Shown: piece after piece, positions 50,801-51,105 of the stretch
How the letters are laid out: each line of letters opens with the position of its first letter
Numbering within the stretch: the stretch's first letter is position 1
Assembly: GCA_963660455.1 (NCBI GenBank)
Contig: CAVKZC010000001.1
Location: 1 to 51,105 of the forward strand
DNA: 51,105 nucleotides
Reading direction: 5' to 3'
DNA from: Sphaerochaetaceae bacterium
GTDB lineage: Bacteria; Bacteroidota; Bacteroidia; Bacteroidales; Bacteroidaceae
Program-made: the position numbers and the translations under genes
The notes under the pieces: model-generated
Told to the model about the DNA's origin: nothing
The model's database searches: none
The model's input: the letters and a program-made list of their open reading frames with translations, nothing else

Positions 50801-51088
50801 TCTGAGCAGGTGGCAGAATGGTTCTCCGACCGATGGACGCTCTACAACGAGTGTTCCATCCTGAGCGTGGAAGACGGCAAGGTGGTGGAACACCGTCCCG
50901 ACCGCGTCATGAAAGACGCGGAGCGTACCATCGTCGTCGACTTCAAGTTCGGCAAGCCCAAAGACGAGCATCTCAGTCAGGTAAGGCAATACATGCAACT
51001 GCTGGAGGGCATGGACAACCATACACGCATAGAAGGCTACCTGTGGTATGTATACCCCAACAACATAGTTGCAGTGCCAGCAACGTAA
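47867..51088 (+). CDS. AddA-like UvrD helicase fused to a C-terminal RecB-type nuclease
   Basis: YKASAGSGKT, TFTNKAT, DEFQDTS, VGDVKQSIYRWR, TIHKSKGLE, nuclease RPDRV...VDFKFG...QVRQY. Confidence 0.92.
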   Translation: MDSQLTVYKASAGSGKTFTLAREYMTLVIDNPQAYRTILAVTFTNKATEEMKTRILSQLYGISKRLPDSASYLEQIQKALPHLSEAQIVRNAGMALKLLLHNYNYFRIETIDTFFQSVLRNLARELDLTANLRIDLNATQVEHRAVDQLIDALEDKDPMLRWIISYIEENIDEDKSWNVIGAIKDFGNNIFTEVYKQHAERINLLLEDEKFFEAFTAELRRMERGVKTKYRQKGERFFEILQENGLSMDDFSNKGSGPCGYFLKLKNDNFTDEKLVGKRIIDAMERDAAWVTKANARPGFPPFDLACSTLRPMLCETEEGRQQDIRYYNSAYLTLRHINELRLLGAIDKKVRDMNRQDNRFLLCDTQTMLHSLIQDSDSPFIFEKIGTQLEHVMIDEFQDTSTVQWQNFKVLMRETMSRQATGNLIVGDVKQSIYRWRAGDWRLLNNIETQFGEKYTDIQNLDTNYRSDRNVVDFNNAFFSVAAQKEYEALADDLPQEASQILSAYADVEQKVPVAKPAAGYVSIQLLSSKADAEGTSPRERTFAAVKDIIDNLREQGAEDGQIAIIVRLTKDIQEIAEYLMSQEGEYRLVSDEAFRLDASQAVMTIITALRTLSRPDDNIAKATLRKFADTYMPDEDVMDFMETERTSLLQMPLSDLVQRLFVILHLGDIEDMKRQSAYICALYDCLADFIKDNGSDLDNFLAEWDDNLHSKSIQSDSAEGIRLLTIHKSKGLEYDHVIMPFCEWGLEKEGATVWCSAEEEPFDALPIVPLPFNRKRLKDSVYAQDYYYEHLQNMVDNLNLLYVGFTRAGHSLFVIGKRSTDASRRSYAIEQALPDVHKTLDSKGLQSVVYEAGDPDGDIRFEYGVLSAAHGKKKAKQTANIFMTPSQPQPVSLPTSSFAPVFRQSNKSRDFIQGDEAEEQQKHYIRMGTILHQVFSTIRTTTDIGSALTQMELDGLLYDENVSRERVTAMIRKRIESEQVAEWFSDRWTLYNECSILSVEDGKVVEHRPDRVMKDAERTIVVDFKFGKPKDEHLSQVRQYMQLLEGMDNHTRIEGYLWYVYPNNIVAVPAT

Positions 51089-51105
51089 CATGGTCAATAC
51101 CACGT

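Noticed and set aside
42..51103. Many long antisense or alternate-frame ORFs (e.g. 9696-11117, 22843-24327, 24417-26324, 33680-35200, 47873-49444)
   Set aside because: They shadow well-supported genes, have no recognisable motifs, and are expected from strong GC3 codon bias

Overview
A 51.1 kb, mostly GC-rich chromosomal segment of a Bacteroidota bacterium, most likely Prevotellaceae. This rests on repeated TAnnTTTG -7 promoter boxes, A-rich start contexts without Shine-Dalgarno sequences, a region-1.1-less RpoD-type sigma factor, a eukaryote/archaea-type ProRS and a Rho with a long insertion. Nearly all of it is core housekeeping: dnaG, cls, addB-like, glgB, murB, pheS, fhs, queH, tRNA-Arg(TCT), rho, ABC-F, engB, cyclophilin, MalY/PatB and MetY-like PLP enzymes, a TonB-dependent receptor, proS, an OmpA-family lipoprotein, mtgA, UvrD/PcrA, a sigma-70 factor and addA-like. 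I found no CRISPR array, rRNA, intact prophage or intact transposase. The interesting signal is non-coding. (1) A ~90 nt stand-alone sRNA candidate with its own promoter and terminator (3632-3720, minus). (2) A frameshifted, truncated integrase remnant with arm-site-like repeats at the tRNA-Arg 3' end. (3) A composite intergenic region (32146-32660) with a perfect 22-bp-stem palindrome and two different palindromic arrays, both with ~22-bp periodicity. (4) Two MITE/REP-like inverted-repeat elements. (5) A compositionally atypical addB with a tandem duplication across its stop codon. All product calls come from recognising motifs by eye; no database searches were run.
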